Positions 9,227 through 21,261 of a stretch of DNA of 64,000 nucleotides are shown here, in pieces. The translations under genes were made by a program, and so were the position numbers. The stretch comes from Ascidiella aspersa. Taxonomy: Eukaryota. Each line of letters begins with the position of its first letter. Position 1 is the stretch's first letter. The notes below the pieces were generated by a model. That model saw nothing but the letters and a program-made list of their open reading frames with translations, did not search any database and was not told where the DNA came from. The stretch lies in contig OZ004611.1 of NCBI GenBank assembly GCA_963924565.1, forward strand, positions 2,604,001 through 2,668,000. The letters run 5' to 3'.

Positions 9227-12200
9227 CTAAAGAGCCTTGATGAAAGCGAACGCGGAGAGAAGCATCGCCATCAGTGCAGTGTGCAGGTGGAACAAGCTAG
9301 CGCTGTCACCTGGAAATAAGTTGATAGAAATTGGTTGGAAAATGTCACATCACACAAAGTTCTCAGCGAATGCAAATAACATGCCCTTCAAAAATATGGC
9401 TGGTAAGGCGCGATTTGTTAACATAAAAAAGCGTTACCAGAATAACCTCCACTTTTACCCACAATCTCCCCACTGTATTTATAAATTTACATCACAATTT
9501 CCCTGTTTGTGAGAGCCCTTGTGACGGTTGTTCAGCAACATACATAGGGGAAACTAAACGTTTTCTCGTTAAAATTATTAACCCTGATAAGGTCAGCTGG
9601 TATCTGCTGCCAAAAGGTCTGGTTGTACTTTTTCTATCTATTGATATGTTGCCTGGTGGAATTAATTCTATTTTAGCTAGAATTCTATATTTCAAGTTAC
9701 CTGTGGTGGAAACGGTTGTGGTTGCAGTGCAAGTGGGGGTGGTCGCATTATAGTTATTGGCCAGAGTTCCGTCGCATTTGAGGTCTCCAGTAGTGGACGA
9801 GAGTGTGTAGCCGCTGTTGCAAGTCACAGTGACCTCTCCGTTATAAGCGACAGTGCAGGTTGGAGCCACTGCGCCGTTGGTCACAGTCAATGCCGAGCAG
9901 GTAATTGCTGGATAAACAAAGAAACAAACAATACAAAAGTTAAAAAGGTAAACGTAAGTCTAAAATAATTCTAGTTTTCCTACAATTTTACCTAACAAAC
10001 CATTGGCAACGTAATACGATGTTTAAAGGGAAATCCATACATAACTTTTAGCGAAAATTAATTTGACACTAAATGGTTTACCAGTGCATGTCACTGCGGT
10101 CGGGTTCCAGGTGTTTGTGGCCGAGCAAATTGACGAGTTGGTAGATCCCGCCTTATACCCGCTGTTGCATGTGATTGCCACTGTGCCGGTGTAGCCAGTA
10201 GTGGGCATAGTTGGGAAAGTTCCTTGGGTGAGGGTCGGTGAAGCGTTACACGTGGCGGCTGTATTATATAGATGACTTTATAGAAAGGAAAAAACTTAAC
10301 TTAAGGAAACTATGTACAGACACGATTAACCTCTATAAATTTCGTTCATTTCGCCCTCAGTATGAAGTTGCAAAAGGAGGAAAATTTAAGCCAACAACCC
10401 CGAGGATGGAACATTTGTTTTCAACAAATGCTTGTTTCTGTTTAAGACAGTAGAGGTTCTTGCTTTGATTTCCATCCTTATAGTATAGTTACTGATATTA
10501 TTTCGTTTTTATACAAACTAATGAACTTGAACTTTTGACTAACCAGTCGTTACAGTAAACAGTCTCACAAAAATCTTACTCTAAAAATGCAGTATGGTCT
10601 TCATACAGTTTACTTTTTTAGCTTGGTTTATTCAATTTATCCAACAAATAAGTTTCTCTAATTATTTATTTCTGCATATTTTGCATATTTAAATTAGCGG
10701 AACCGTTCTAATCACTTTTGAACAGTTACTTTTCCCACCAACCGGTGCAAGTGAGTGAGGTCGGGTTCCAGGTGTTAGTTGTATCGCACGATGCAGAGGT
10801 TGCTGCCCCAGATGCAGAAATGTACCCGGCGTTGCAGGTGATTGACACAGAGCCACTGTAACCACCACTGGGCATAGTTGGGAAGGTTCCTTGGATGAGG
10901 GTGGGCGCAGCGTTGCATGTGGCGGCTGTAATATATGGATGAATTTGTAGAAACGAAACTTAAGGAAACTATATAAGAACAGACAAGATTTATCTTTATA
11001 AAGTTCGTTTCATTTAACCCTCAGTATTAAGTTGCAAAAGGGCGGAAAGTCACGCTAAATCTCCCTGAGGATTAAACATCACTTGTTCTCAACAAATGCT
11101 TATTTCGGTGCAAATTTAAGGCAGTAGAGCTTCTTGTTTTGATTTTTGTCCTTAAATTTTAGTTACTGATACTATGGCGATTTTATACAAACTGATGAAC
11201 AAGAACTTTTCACTAACCAGTCGTTACAGTAAACAGTATCTTTCTTACTTGCAAACATGCTGAATAGTCTTAAAACAGTTTGCTTTTTCAGCATAGTTTA
11301 TTCAATTTATCTAACAAATAAGTTACTCTAATCGTTTATTTATGTTTAATTTGTGTAGTTTAATTAGCGGAACCGTTCAAATCACTTTTCAACAGTTACT
11401 TTTCATACAAACCGGTGCATGTGAGTGAGGTCGGGGTCCAGGTGTTGGTTGCACTGCATGATGCAGAGGTTGCTGCCCCAGATGCAGAAGTGTACCCGGC
11501 GTTGCAGGTGATTGACACTGAGCCACTGTAACCACCACTGGGAATAGTTGGAAAAGCGCCTTGGGTGAGGGTCGGTGCAGCGTTGCATGCGGCTGTTTGA
11601 AACATTTGACATTTTTTGCAAATGAAAAAAACAACAACTCAATTTTGCTTGTTTTGCTTTACCTAATCCAGTAGTTTCCTTTTTATTATCATTGGATTTC
11701 GCTGGATTGTTGTACGAATCAGAGTATTAATGTTAAATTGTCGTATGTTTTAAGACAATCTAAGATTTCCTACCAACACAAGTAAGTGATGCTGGATTCC
11801 AGGTGTCTGTATCGGTACAAAGCGAAGATGAAGCTGCACCAGAAGCCAGAGTATACCCAGTGTCGCATATGATTGGCACTGTACCGGTGTAGCCGTCTTC
11901 AGGGACAGCTGGAAAAGTTCCATAGGTGAGGGTCGCCGGTTCAGCGGCGCAAGTGGCGACTGTTTGAAATAGAAAATAGATTGAACACACATATGCTAAT
12001 CAAAGTTACTTAATAATTTGCCAGAGTTTGTAAACTCCCCTTCTGCCAGCGGTGATCTTTCTACTGACTAAATATATTACACTTAACAAAAAACAAAAAC
12101 AATAATATTTAACGGTCAAGATCGTGTTACAAATGTACGAAACTTTTATAAAAATGAACGATGTACATAAATGCGCGTGTTTCCAAAATTAAAATTCTTT

Positions 12201-15200
12201 CAAAGTCGAACTTACACACGCATTCTGTGGACTCACTACCATTTTGCAAGTTACGTTTTTTAATATAAAGGAATATAGAATTTAATCCGATTAGAAAGTC
12301 TTAACGCTTGTTCCATCTAATAGAAAAAAAAATAACAGACCAAACCTCAGCATTTTTTCTACGGTTCTTAATATATGTTTTACCGCCTTAAAAGATAGTG
12401 GCCACGTGCAAAACGTAAAACTATACATTTGTAATTGACGGACTAATGCAAATCCAGCAAACTCTGCTTTGAGTTTCTCTTGCAGTTTAACGTAGGACGA
12501 ACTCGCATATAAACCTTGGGTCTGATTCAATGCAGTAAAAGTTTTACGGTTGCGCGTGTTTACGACTAAATTTACAAACGTTTACAAACTCACTTGGCGT
12601 AAATAAACTAATGCTAAAAAACGTCGAAGAACAGTTGGTATTCAAGTCAACAATTATGAACATTTTACCATCGCATGTCAGTGTTGCGACAAAGGTGGTG
12701 CCGCTTGAAGCACATACAGTCGATGCAGCTGACGCAGCGTAACCCGCGTCGCAAACGAGGTTGAGTGTAGCACCGTTATTAATATTTGTACCAGCGGCCG
12801 GTGAGGTAGTCCCGTTTGCGATGGTGGGAGAAATGCACTGAGCTGTAAATAGGTAAAGTCATTACTGAACGATTGTAAAGAATATAATTGTACCATACTG
12901 AAATACAGGGAATTAAAATGGTTGATGTACCTAATGTTTTAGCCTATTTCGATTAAATCATTTAAGTCCAAAAGCATGGTGCGTCCCATCGCATCATCGA
13001 AAATGTTAAACAATTTTTTGAAGGCATTTTTCGCTTTGCGTTAATCGATTGGATATGTTGTTTTATCTCCTCGATTGCTAGCAAGTTTTTATTTCATAGG
13101 CCCTCTAATTTTATTATCTATAAAAGTGTGCTCTATAAGATTACTCAAAAGATAAATAAATAAAAAAACTATAGGCCTTTCATATGGAAAATTATGAAAA
13201 CACACAGTATGTTAGTTAGAGCTGGATGGAAACGCACAATAAGACCCACAAAGCAACAAAATTTAAATCAGAATAATCTATACAACCTAAATAAAGCAGG
13301 GATTCCCAAACTGTGTGCCGCAGGACTTTCGTCCGCAAAATACAACACAATAAAAGGATAAAAGGGCAATGATGCTCCCCTACCCCGGGAGGTGTCTAAT
13401 TTGCACCACAAAAGCCCCGAAGGTCATGCCCCCCCCCCCAAAAAAAATGTATCAAAATTTTACTCTTAATAATTTGTTTTTTAGCATTTATTGGCAGTAC
13501 AGAACATTCGATCACAGATATACTAAACCTTTAATTGTCATTCACTGTTACGTCACAAACGATTTAGTTAATATAACGTTTGGTATACAATAATGTAGTT
13601 TTACTACTTTTAGACAGTTTTTGCTCTAGGACTGTGTTTTGAGTATTGCGTTAACACTCAGTCAGTTGCTGCTCAAAACGGTTTGCTAGCATTGTTACTT
13701 GTGTTCGTTACGGCATTTAAAACAATGACAAAAGCTAAATAAAAAAGTTAAAACTTTTTGCCCCCCCCAAAAAAAATGCTCGGCTAGCTACGCCACTGCG
13801 CGGCACACTACCGTGCCTCCAAATATTTTCATGTGTGCCGCGAAACTTTCATTTTGGAAATTAAGTTATTTGTGTTACCAATAGGCATACACCCAAGTAT
13901 TTTAGACTTAAATACGCACTATTCATTACAAATTAATATATTGGGATATTACAAATAGTTTGTCATATGTTAAGGGCGATTGTAAAATTACTCTACTGTT
14001 GTTCTTTTAACAGTGTGCCGCAAACTATTTAACAATTTAGAATTTTTTAGTGTGACGCGAGCTAAAAAAGTTTGGGAACCACTGTAATAAAGTAAAATGT
14101 GCAGTAATAACCAGGACAGAATAAGATCTAGAATCGTCTGAATGCGAACTAAATCTGTCGAAATAAGTCCTAATTTAACAAAATAAGACAGCAATGAACA
14201 ACAAACGTCCCAAAACTGTAGAGCAGGAAATAGGGCGGTTGCGGCACACCTTTTTGCCATCGGCCGTTTTGGTGTCGACGTTTGGGCGCTGTAATTTAAG
14301 AGGCGCCATTGGGGCGCCGCTGTTTTGGCACCAGATTGTTTGCCGCAATTTGTGAGTAGGCGCGGGTATAGAATTAGAATTTGACTTAGGGTTGAAATTA
14401 CAAAGGGGAGTTAAGGGTGAACTTAGGGGTGGGGTTTTTTGGGAAGTAAAAGGGCTGTAAAGGCCTTATTCTTTCCATTTAGGTCTCATTTCGACGAATT
14501 TAAGTTTAATTTCGATTTAAACGTTGTTACGACTATTAGGTATTAGTCCTATTTAGGTGTTCTATGCCGAAAGTCTAGTCCTTTTTGGTGTTTTACCTAA
14601 CTGTAATTTATGACGTAGTTGATGTTGTTCTGATTTAGGTCCAATTATGGCGGGAGTCCCGCTAAATATGTTGGCTATTTGTCTTGCTTCGTTAGCAAAG
14701 AGACTACATCATCCTTAGAGTTTATTTTGAAAGGGCTACAAATGCAGTCATATTGTCCAATGTCTAGTGTTTATTGATAGAAATCGCGACTTAAGTTTCT
14801 TTCCAGCAGTGTTTTTTTTTTTATTAAAAAATAAAAATCTAAATGAAACTTTCTTTGGCGAATTCTTATTTTTTAAGAAAAGCGTTAATTTTATCTGTGA
14901 ATGAAAAAACTTTTTTATTTTTATTCTGCATTTGACAACTTTAAACTATGAAGTGTTCGAATATATATTTAAATATTTCAATTTTGAATTCCAAAATTTA
15001 CCTTTAAAATGTTCCTAAGGTTACATCATACCGTATTAATAAGACCAACGGCAGGATTAAATCCAAAACATTTTTGGTATAAGACCTAAGTGGCTTAAAT
15101 GCCTTAAATAATATCCAGATCCGCAGGAAATGAATGTGGAACGATTACTGCCGCCGCCGTGACATCGTGTCGACGTGTAGGCTCCATGTTTTAAATGGCG

Positions 15201-15555
15201 GCGTTTGGGGACTCTTTTTTTATTTTTTTTTTATTTGTTTATTTTGTGTTGAAGCTAAGTGGGCTTTGTGATTAAAAGTCTTATTTTGGCTGTTTAGTTC
15301 TTATTCCGACATTTAGCTAGTAGTCCTGTTTTGAACTGAGTTTTATTCCAACCTGGACGTTATTCGTATTTTAATCTTATGGCTAGAATCCACTTTCAGT
15401 CGCTAATTTTAAAAATAATACAGAATTTGTTTAATATTTTTTATTTCCCTGCGGCGCACCTTTAAAATCGCTTCTGTAAAGTATTATTAACAAGACTCAC
15501 CTTGAACGCGGTACGCGAATGCGAGCAGACAAAATGCCAACAACTGGAAGTTCAT
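9227..15555 (-). CDS. Gene B: predicted GPI-anchored protein with 6 Sushi/CCP-like domains (about 414 aa), intact
   Basis: join(15555-15501 signal peptide; 12842-12669 P-type; 11959-11774 A-type; 11592-11413 S-type; 10925-10743 hybrid; 10258-10082 M-type; 9907-9701 J-type plus Thr stalk; 9309-9227 GPI signal and TAG). All introns are phase-1 GT-AG; 1245 nt open. Each exon has 4 Cys in a C..C-x-x-G[YF]..C..[W]..C pattern. Confidence 0.88.
13297..14084. mobile_element. hAT/Charlie-like MITE with a nested insertion (about 13325-13798), in an intron of gene B
   Basis: TIR CAGGGATTCCCAAAC...GTTTGGGAACCACTG; TSD AAATAAAG/TAATAAAG. An uninterrupted relative lies at 44704-45005. Confidence 0.75.
14110..15400. 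mobile_element. Non-coding foldback-like repeat, related to about 4716-5090 and 39227-40431
   Basis: Shares GGCGCC-rich blocks and AATAAG(T/G)CCTAAAT-like subrepeats with the other copies. Confidence 0.5.
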
Positions 15556-15813
15556 TCTTCTGCTTGAAAAATGGCGTTAGCTCTGTAGTTGTTAAGAACA
15601 ATGTTTAAATTATAATATCCAATAAAAAAAAATGTAATAATTAAAATGCATTTCCAACGAGCTTACCTTTTCGAAATCAAACAGATGTTTCTGGCTGAAG
15701 GTTCTTCAAAAGTGAAGTTACAGCACTGGAGAATCCATTTATAAGATTGGGGAACAAAAAAAAACGTTCGATTTCAACGGAAACGACTTTGCTTAAAGCG
15801 AGACACGGTGAAG

Positions 15814-15820
15814 TTTTATA
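15814..15820 (-). promoter_or_regulatory. Putative TATA box of gene B (type-I promoter)
   Basis: TATAAAA on the minus strand about 150 nt above the conserved UTR-exon donor at 15667. Confidence 0.5.
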
Positions 15821-17010
15821 AGCAGAAGACTGAATGTACGTCGTGATTGGGATATCAAATTGCGAGCTGCGCTGTTCAATTTGGTTTGATGATGTTTCAA
15901 CATTTCTTCAAGCTAGTATATTGTTCCTCAATCAACGGCGACTATATACACTATATACATTGCCAGCCTTTGTATTTAAAACACAAAAAACGAACTTCTG
16001 CAGTAACTTCCCTTCTCAAGTGACGCCAGGCAGACTTGGAATTGTGCTTTTTCGATAAGTCTTCTTTAGTTTTCAGAAAACAAAACAAAATTGTTTGAAA
16101 TGCATTGCGAGTAAACAAGTATATAAGATGGAATGAAAATCAAAACACACAATAATTGATAAAGGGTAAATGTTTGGATTTTAAGACTGCCTTTTCAGAA
16201 ATATTTATTTTGGTATTTGTTGAATGGCCGCAATAAAAAGCAACAGTCTATAATAAAAAGTGCAAAACTATGGATATTTAAGCAAATCAATGAATAGTAG
16301 CATTTATATATGTATTTCTTTTATAAAAATTAAGTTCTCAAATTGAGAAGAAATATAGAGAGGACACACAATAAGACCGACAAAACTACAATTTTTAAAG
16401 GTTTCAAATAATATTAATATTTTAACGCTATTTGTTTTTTTTATCGTTTTTAATTGTTTTAAATCTCTCTTAAAAATAAGGCCAGTTATACTATAACTTA
16501 GAAATAAAATAAAAATTTAGGTATATATAGTAAAAGTTGATAAAAATTATAGTTTAAGGGGCATGCAGAGAAACTGTTTTTGAAAATCAAGCTATTTTTT
16601 AAAGCTTTACAAGCATCACAAACAGTAAATCCAGCAATATGTCCACTATTTAGTCTCTTTTAAATGGTTGCAAAACGGAATGCGTATAAAAGTTTAGAAG
16701 GATACTGAATGCAGTATAGACGCCGCAGCAAAACTGGAAGGTTGGTCGGCTATAGTAGAAAACATAAATATTTGTAAATGGCCGTTTATGTCTAATTCTA
16801 AATAAGATAATCAAGTGGCATTATGGTGTCCTTATGTAGTGGGGAAAACCTGAGCCACTTTTTCTCTTACAACCGTAACTTTTGCGTTTGTAGACCGTTA
16901 TGGCCAATACTAATTGGACAAATGATGCCCAACAGCTTTAGGTTTAATGGGTTGAAGTTTTAAATGGTTACATTGAAACCCTTTCAACTAAGAACTTGAA
17001 CAGTCTGGGT

Positions 17011-17440
17011 CAGTGATTCTCAACCGCGGCTCTCAGAGCCGCATGCGGCTCTCAACTGTACATTTTGCGGCTCTCTAACCGAGTGAAAAATTAGTTAGAA
17101 GTGGCAGAATTGCAACAAAATAAGTATGAGAAATCAAGAATTAATGAATTGTATCAGCAAGGATCCCGAGTACGAAGTACTAATGTTACCGGGTACTTCC
17201 ATCCGGCTCTTTAAAATAATTTTGTGGTTTATTACGTCACAATATATTTAGTCCTGATCGACAAGCTATGGCAAACAGTGTTAATTAGTTAGCCTAGGCT
17301 AGCGTAATGTATATTTGATGTTTTCTTGTTGCTTTCTTAATAGTTTTTAATTATATGCCTACTGTTGTTTTTTATGCGGCTCCTTGCAAACATTAGGTTT
17401 GAAATGCGGCTCTTGCTCTAAAAAAGGTTGAGAATCACTG
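17011..17440. mobile_element. hAT-type MITE
   Basis: 15-bp TIR CAGTGATTCTCAACC; perfect 8-bp TSD GTCTGGGT (17003-17010 and 17441-17448). Confidence 0.9.
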
Positions 17441-18867
17441 GTCTGGGTGTTTAAAATAGCTCAAGGGACCCTCATAGAGACAACGCTATTTTGAGAACAC
17501 GCTATTTAAACGTTCATTTTTCTCAAAAAACAAAGTCAAACAGCACATTGCTTTAAATATTTTACTTAATAGACGAAAAAACAACATTCCAAGAACAATA
17601 CAAGTTTCGTAAAATCTAAAAACGGATATATTTTACAGCAGCAGATGTGGTAGGGTTGTACCCAAACCTACCAAGAGCAACCGTCAAGAAAGCTGTTTCT
17701 GATAAGATCGGGGAACAAAAAAACACCGTTTGATTTCAACAGAAACAACTTTGCTTAAAGAGAGGCACGGTGAAGTTTTATAAGCAGAAGACTGAATGCT
17801 CGTCGTGATTGGGATATCAAATTGCAAGCTGCGCTGTTCAATTAGGTTTGACGATGTTGCAACATTCCTTCAATATATTATATTGTTCCTCAAGCAACGG
17901 CGACTATATACACTTTATACATTGGCGCGCTTTTGTATTTTAAAAACAAAATACGAACTCCGGGCATATATTTTACATATAACACACAATAATTGTTAAA
18001 GGGTAAATGTTTGGATTTTAAGGCTGCCTTTTCAGAATTTTTTTTTACCATTTGTTGAGTGGCCGAAACAAAGAAACAGTCTGAAATAATAAGTGTCACA
18101 CTATAGATATTCAAGCAAATCAATGAAAAGTAGCATTTATATGTTTATTTCGTTCAAAAAAATAAAGTCGATAAATTGAGAAGGGACATTGGGTTAAACA
18201 CATAATAAAAAAATATTTTGTATTTTAAAAACAAAATACGAACTCCGGCAGGAGTTTCCCTTACCGAGTTACGCCAGTGGAAAATTTTGAAGCGCACTAT
18301 TGTTAGGTGTTAGTATGATCAACTACCAACTTACCACAGAAACCCAATAGTTGTATCCCAGCTGGGAGACCGGAAAGGTAACATCGGCGGATGTTAGATT
18401 TTCGTTGATTGATTTCCCATACACGGAATCCAATATATGGGTCAAACGTGAAACTAGACTTTTGGCCAAACATACCCCTGCGTTGCACCAAATTAAAAAT
18501 AGCAAGCAATCAGCATTTATTGTCATTGATTTTACGCGTGCACAATAACAGCGTCAAGTAAAGAAAAATATATACAAAAAAATGGCTTAAAAGCATAACT
18601 AAGCAATGTTTAAATACGAGAAACATACACAAAAAAAGAAAAAAAAGAAAAAAAGAACTGCTTTAAAGTAAGTTACTAATAGTTTGGCACTAATGTAGTT
18701 GATGGAAATATTACGATTTTAAAAAGGTTGTAAACTCTATTCGTATTGACAAATATTCAGGTGATGATTTTCTTAGGGGTGTTTGGTTTTAAATAGCGGT
18801 TAGACCTAAAAGGACCTATGGGATAAAAAAGGAATAAGAACCACTGCAGTGTCATAAGCGTTCGTTT

Positions 18868-19028
18868 NNNNNNNNNNNNNNNNNNNNNNNNNNNNNNNNN
18901 NNNNNNNNNNNNNNNNNNNNNNNNNNNNNNNNNNNNNNNNNNNNNNNNNNNNNNNNNNNNNNNNNNNNNNNNNNNNNNNNNNNNNNNNNNNNNNNNNNNN
19001 NNNNNNNNNNNNNNNNNNNNNNNNNNNN
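18868..19028. other. Assembly gap
   Basis: Run of N. Confidence 1.
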
Positions 19029-19751
19029 GTTTCAACAACGGGTCATGACCAGCGTACTATCTCAACTTAAAATTAAAAATTAAAAAACTTTTATTAGTTT
19101 CAAAAGGCATTTTGTCAGGTCGATTATAGATTTATTGTCTCAAACTTAACTTGGTTACGTCCATAAATATGTCCATGGCTCGCAGTACCTTTGTTTTACA
19201 TGTTGGTTATGGTTAATATAACATCACATTAGATGTAGGTCCCGTGACTTAACATAAAGTCATACAAGCTAATGCTAGCGACGGAATCGGTTAACACAAA
19301 AGGCTTTCATTCCCGTCCTGAATTACGCCAGTCAGATTGAGAATTGTATTTTCCGATATGCTTTGACATGTTTTAACAAAAAAAATCGTTTCAAATGTTA
19401 ATTTTGTATTTTCAAACAAGCAAACACGCTGTAATAGATATAAGTATAGCACACCATAATTAACAACGGTAAACGTTTAGACTGATTTTATCAGAAATGG
19501 TTTTGGCTAGATGATAAATGGCCGCAATAAAACACACAGGCTGAAAATAATAAGTGCAAAACTATAGATGTTTAAGCAAAACAATGAAAAGTAGCATTTA
19601 TGCGTAAATTCGACTTTTCTTTCAAAAACTTTTTATTTTGCAATGATGAGTTTTTGATTCACGAAGAAGAATTCAGCTAACGCCGTTTTTCAAAGACAAA
19701 AATTCAACATTTAAAATGAAAATCTACGTTTCTACAACACACGATGTCGGT

Positions 19752-20581
19752 CTAAAGAGCCTTGATGAAAGCGAATGCGGAGAGAAGCATCGCCATCAGT
19801 GCAGTGTGCAGGTGGAACAAGCTAGCGCTGCTGGCTGGAAAACAAGACAATAGAAATAGGTTGGCAAATGTCACATCACACAAAGTTCTCAGTGATTACA
19901 AAAAAACACGCACTTCTTAAATTTAAAATCACTTTTATTGATAAAATAAATTGCCTTTACATCGCAGGCTGGCAGTCAACCATTTTTCATGACCCTAAAT
20001 TTTAAATTTCAAGTTACCTGTAGTAGTGGTCGCAGTTGTGCTGCTTGCAACGCAGGTGGGAGTAGCCACGTTGTAGTTGTTGGCAAGAGTTCCGTCGCAT
20101 TTGAGGGTGGCAGTAGTGGACGACAGTGTGCAGCCGCTATCGCAAGTCACAGTGACCTCTCCGTTGTAAGCGACAGTGCCGGTTGGAGCCACTGCGCCGT
20201 TGGTCACAGTCAATGCCGAACAGGTAATTGCTGGTTAAACAAAGAAACAAACAATACAAAAGTTAAAAGATTAAATTTTTAATCTCAAATAATTCAAGTT
20301 TTCGTGCAATTTTAACTAACAAACCATTAGCAACGTAATAAGTTGTTTAAATGGAAATCCGTACATTATTTTAGCGGAAATGAATTTAAAACTAAATGTT
20401 TTACCAGTGCATGTCACTGAGGTCGGGTTCTAGGTGTTTGTGGCCGTGCAAAGTGACGAGTTGGTAGATCCCGCCTTATACCCGCTGTTGCATGTGATTG
20501 CCACCGTGCCGGTATAGCCAGCAGTGGGCATAGTTGAAAAAGTTCCTTGGTTGAGGGTCGGTGCAGCGTTGCATGTGGCGG
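19752..20581 (-). pseudogene. Gene C: 5'-deleted CCP-GPI paralogue (M-type exon with a nonsense codon; intact J-type and GPI exons)
   Basis: Exons 20581-20405 (TGG>TAG at 20432-20430), 20230-20018 and 19834-19752. The intron breaks at about 20845 into sequence that lies upstream of the promoter in gene D (35593 onward), so the promoter, signal exon and N-terminal CCP exons are missing. Confidence 0.85.
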
Positions 20582-21261
20582 CTGTAATATATGGATAACT
20601 TTGTAAAAAAATAAACTTAAAAAAAACTCAGTACCACCAAGATTCATCTCTATAAGTTCGTTTCATTTTACCCTTAGTATTGGGTTACAAAAGGCGGAAA
20701 GTCCAGGCTAAACACCCTGAGGATTAAACATCACTTGTTTTCAAAAAATGCCTATTTCGGTGCAAATTTATGGCAGATGAGGTTCTTGTTTTGATTTTTA
20801 TCCTTAAAGTTTAATTACTGATTTATGGCGATTTGATACAAACCCACCAAAATGATGCCCAATAGTTTTAGGATTAATGTGTTGACGTTTTAAATGGTTT
20901 ACATTGAAAGCCTTTAACTGAGAACCTGATAAGTTCTGGTCTTTGAAATGGCCCAAGAGACCGTCACAGTCGGGTCGGTTGAACCACGAAGGGACCCTTG
21001 AGACACGTTATTTTGACGCTAATTTTTCTTGAAAAACAAAGTCAAACAGCACATTGCTTTAAAATCGTATATTTAACAAACGAAAAACAGCATTTTAAAT
21101 ACCAGTATTTTCATTTGAAAGCAGCATCGGTATTACGACTTCAGATATAGACACATAAGAATTATCCTCAATTGAGGACTCAACAAATCCGTTTTTATTA
21201 TCCTTACTTTAGATAAAAATTTGTGATATCGGTGCACATTTGTCGTTAACAAATGAACCTA

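Noticed and set aside
9227-15555. Assigning the symbol CD55/DAF or fester
   Set aside because: Only the architecture is similar; orthology cannot be shown from this sequence.
19989-20282. Opposite-strand ORFs over CCP exons (also 31241-31654, 56146-56673, 1480-1668)
   Set aside because: Shadow frames of GC-richer exons; splice signals and the Cys pattern support the other strand.
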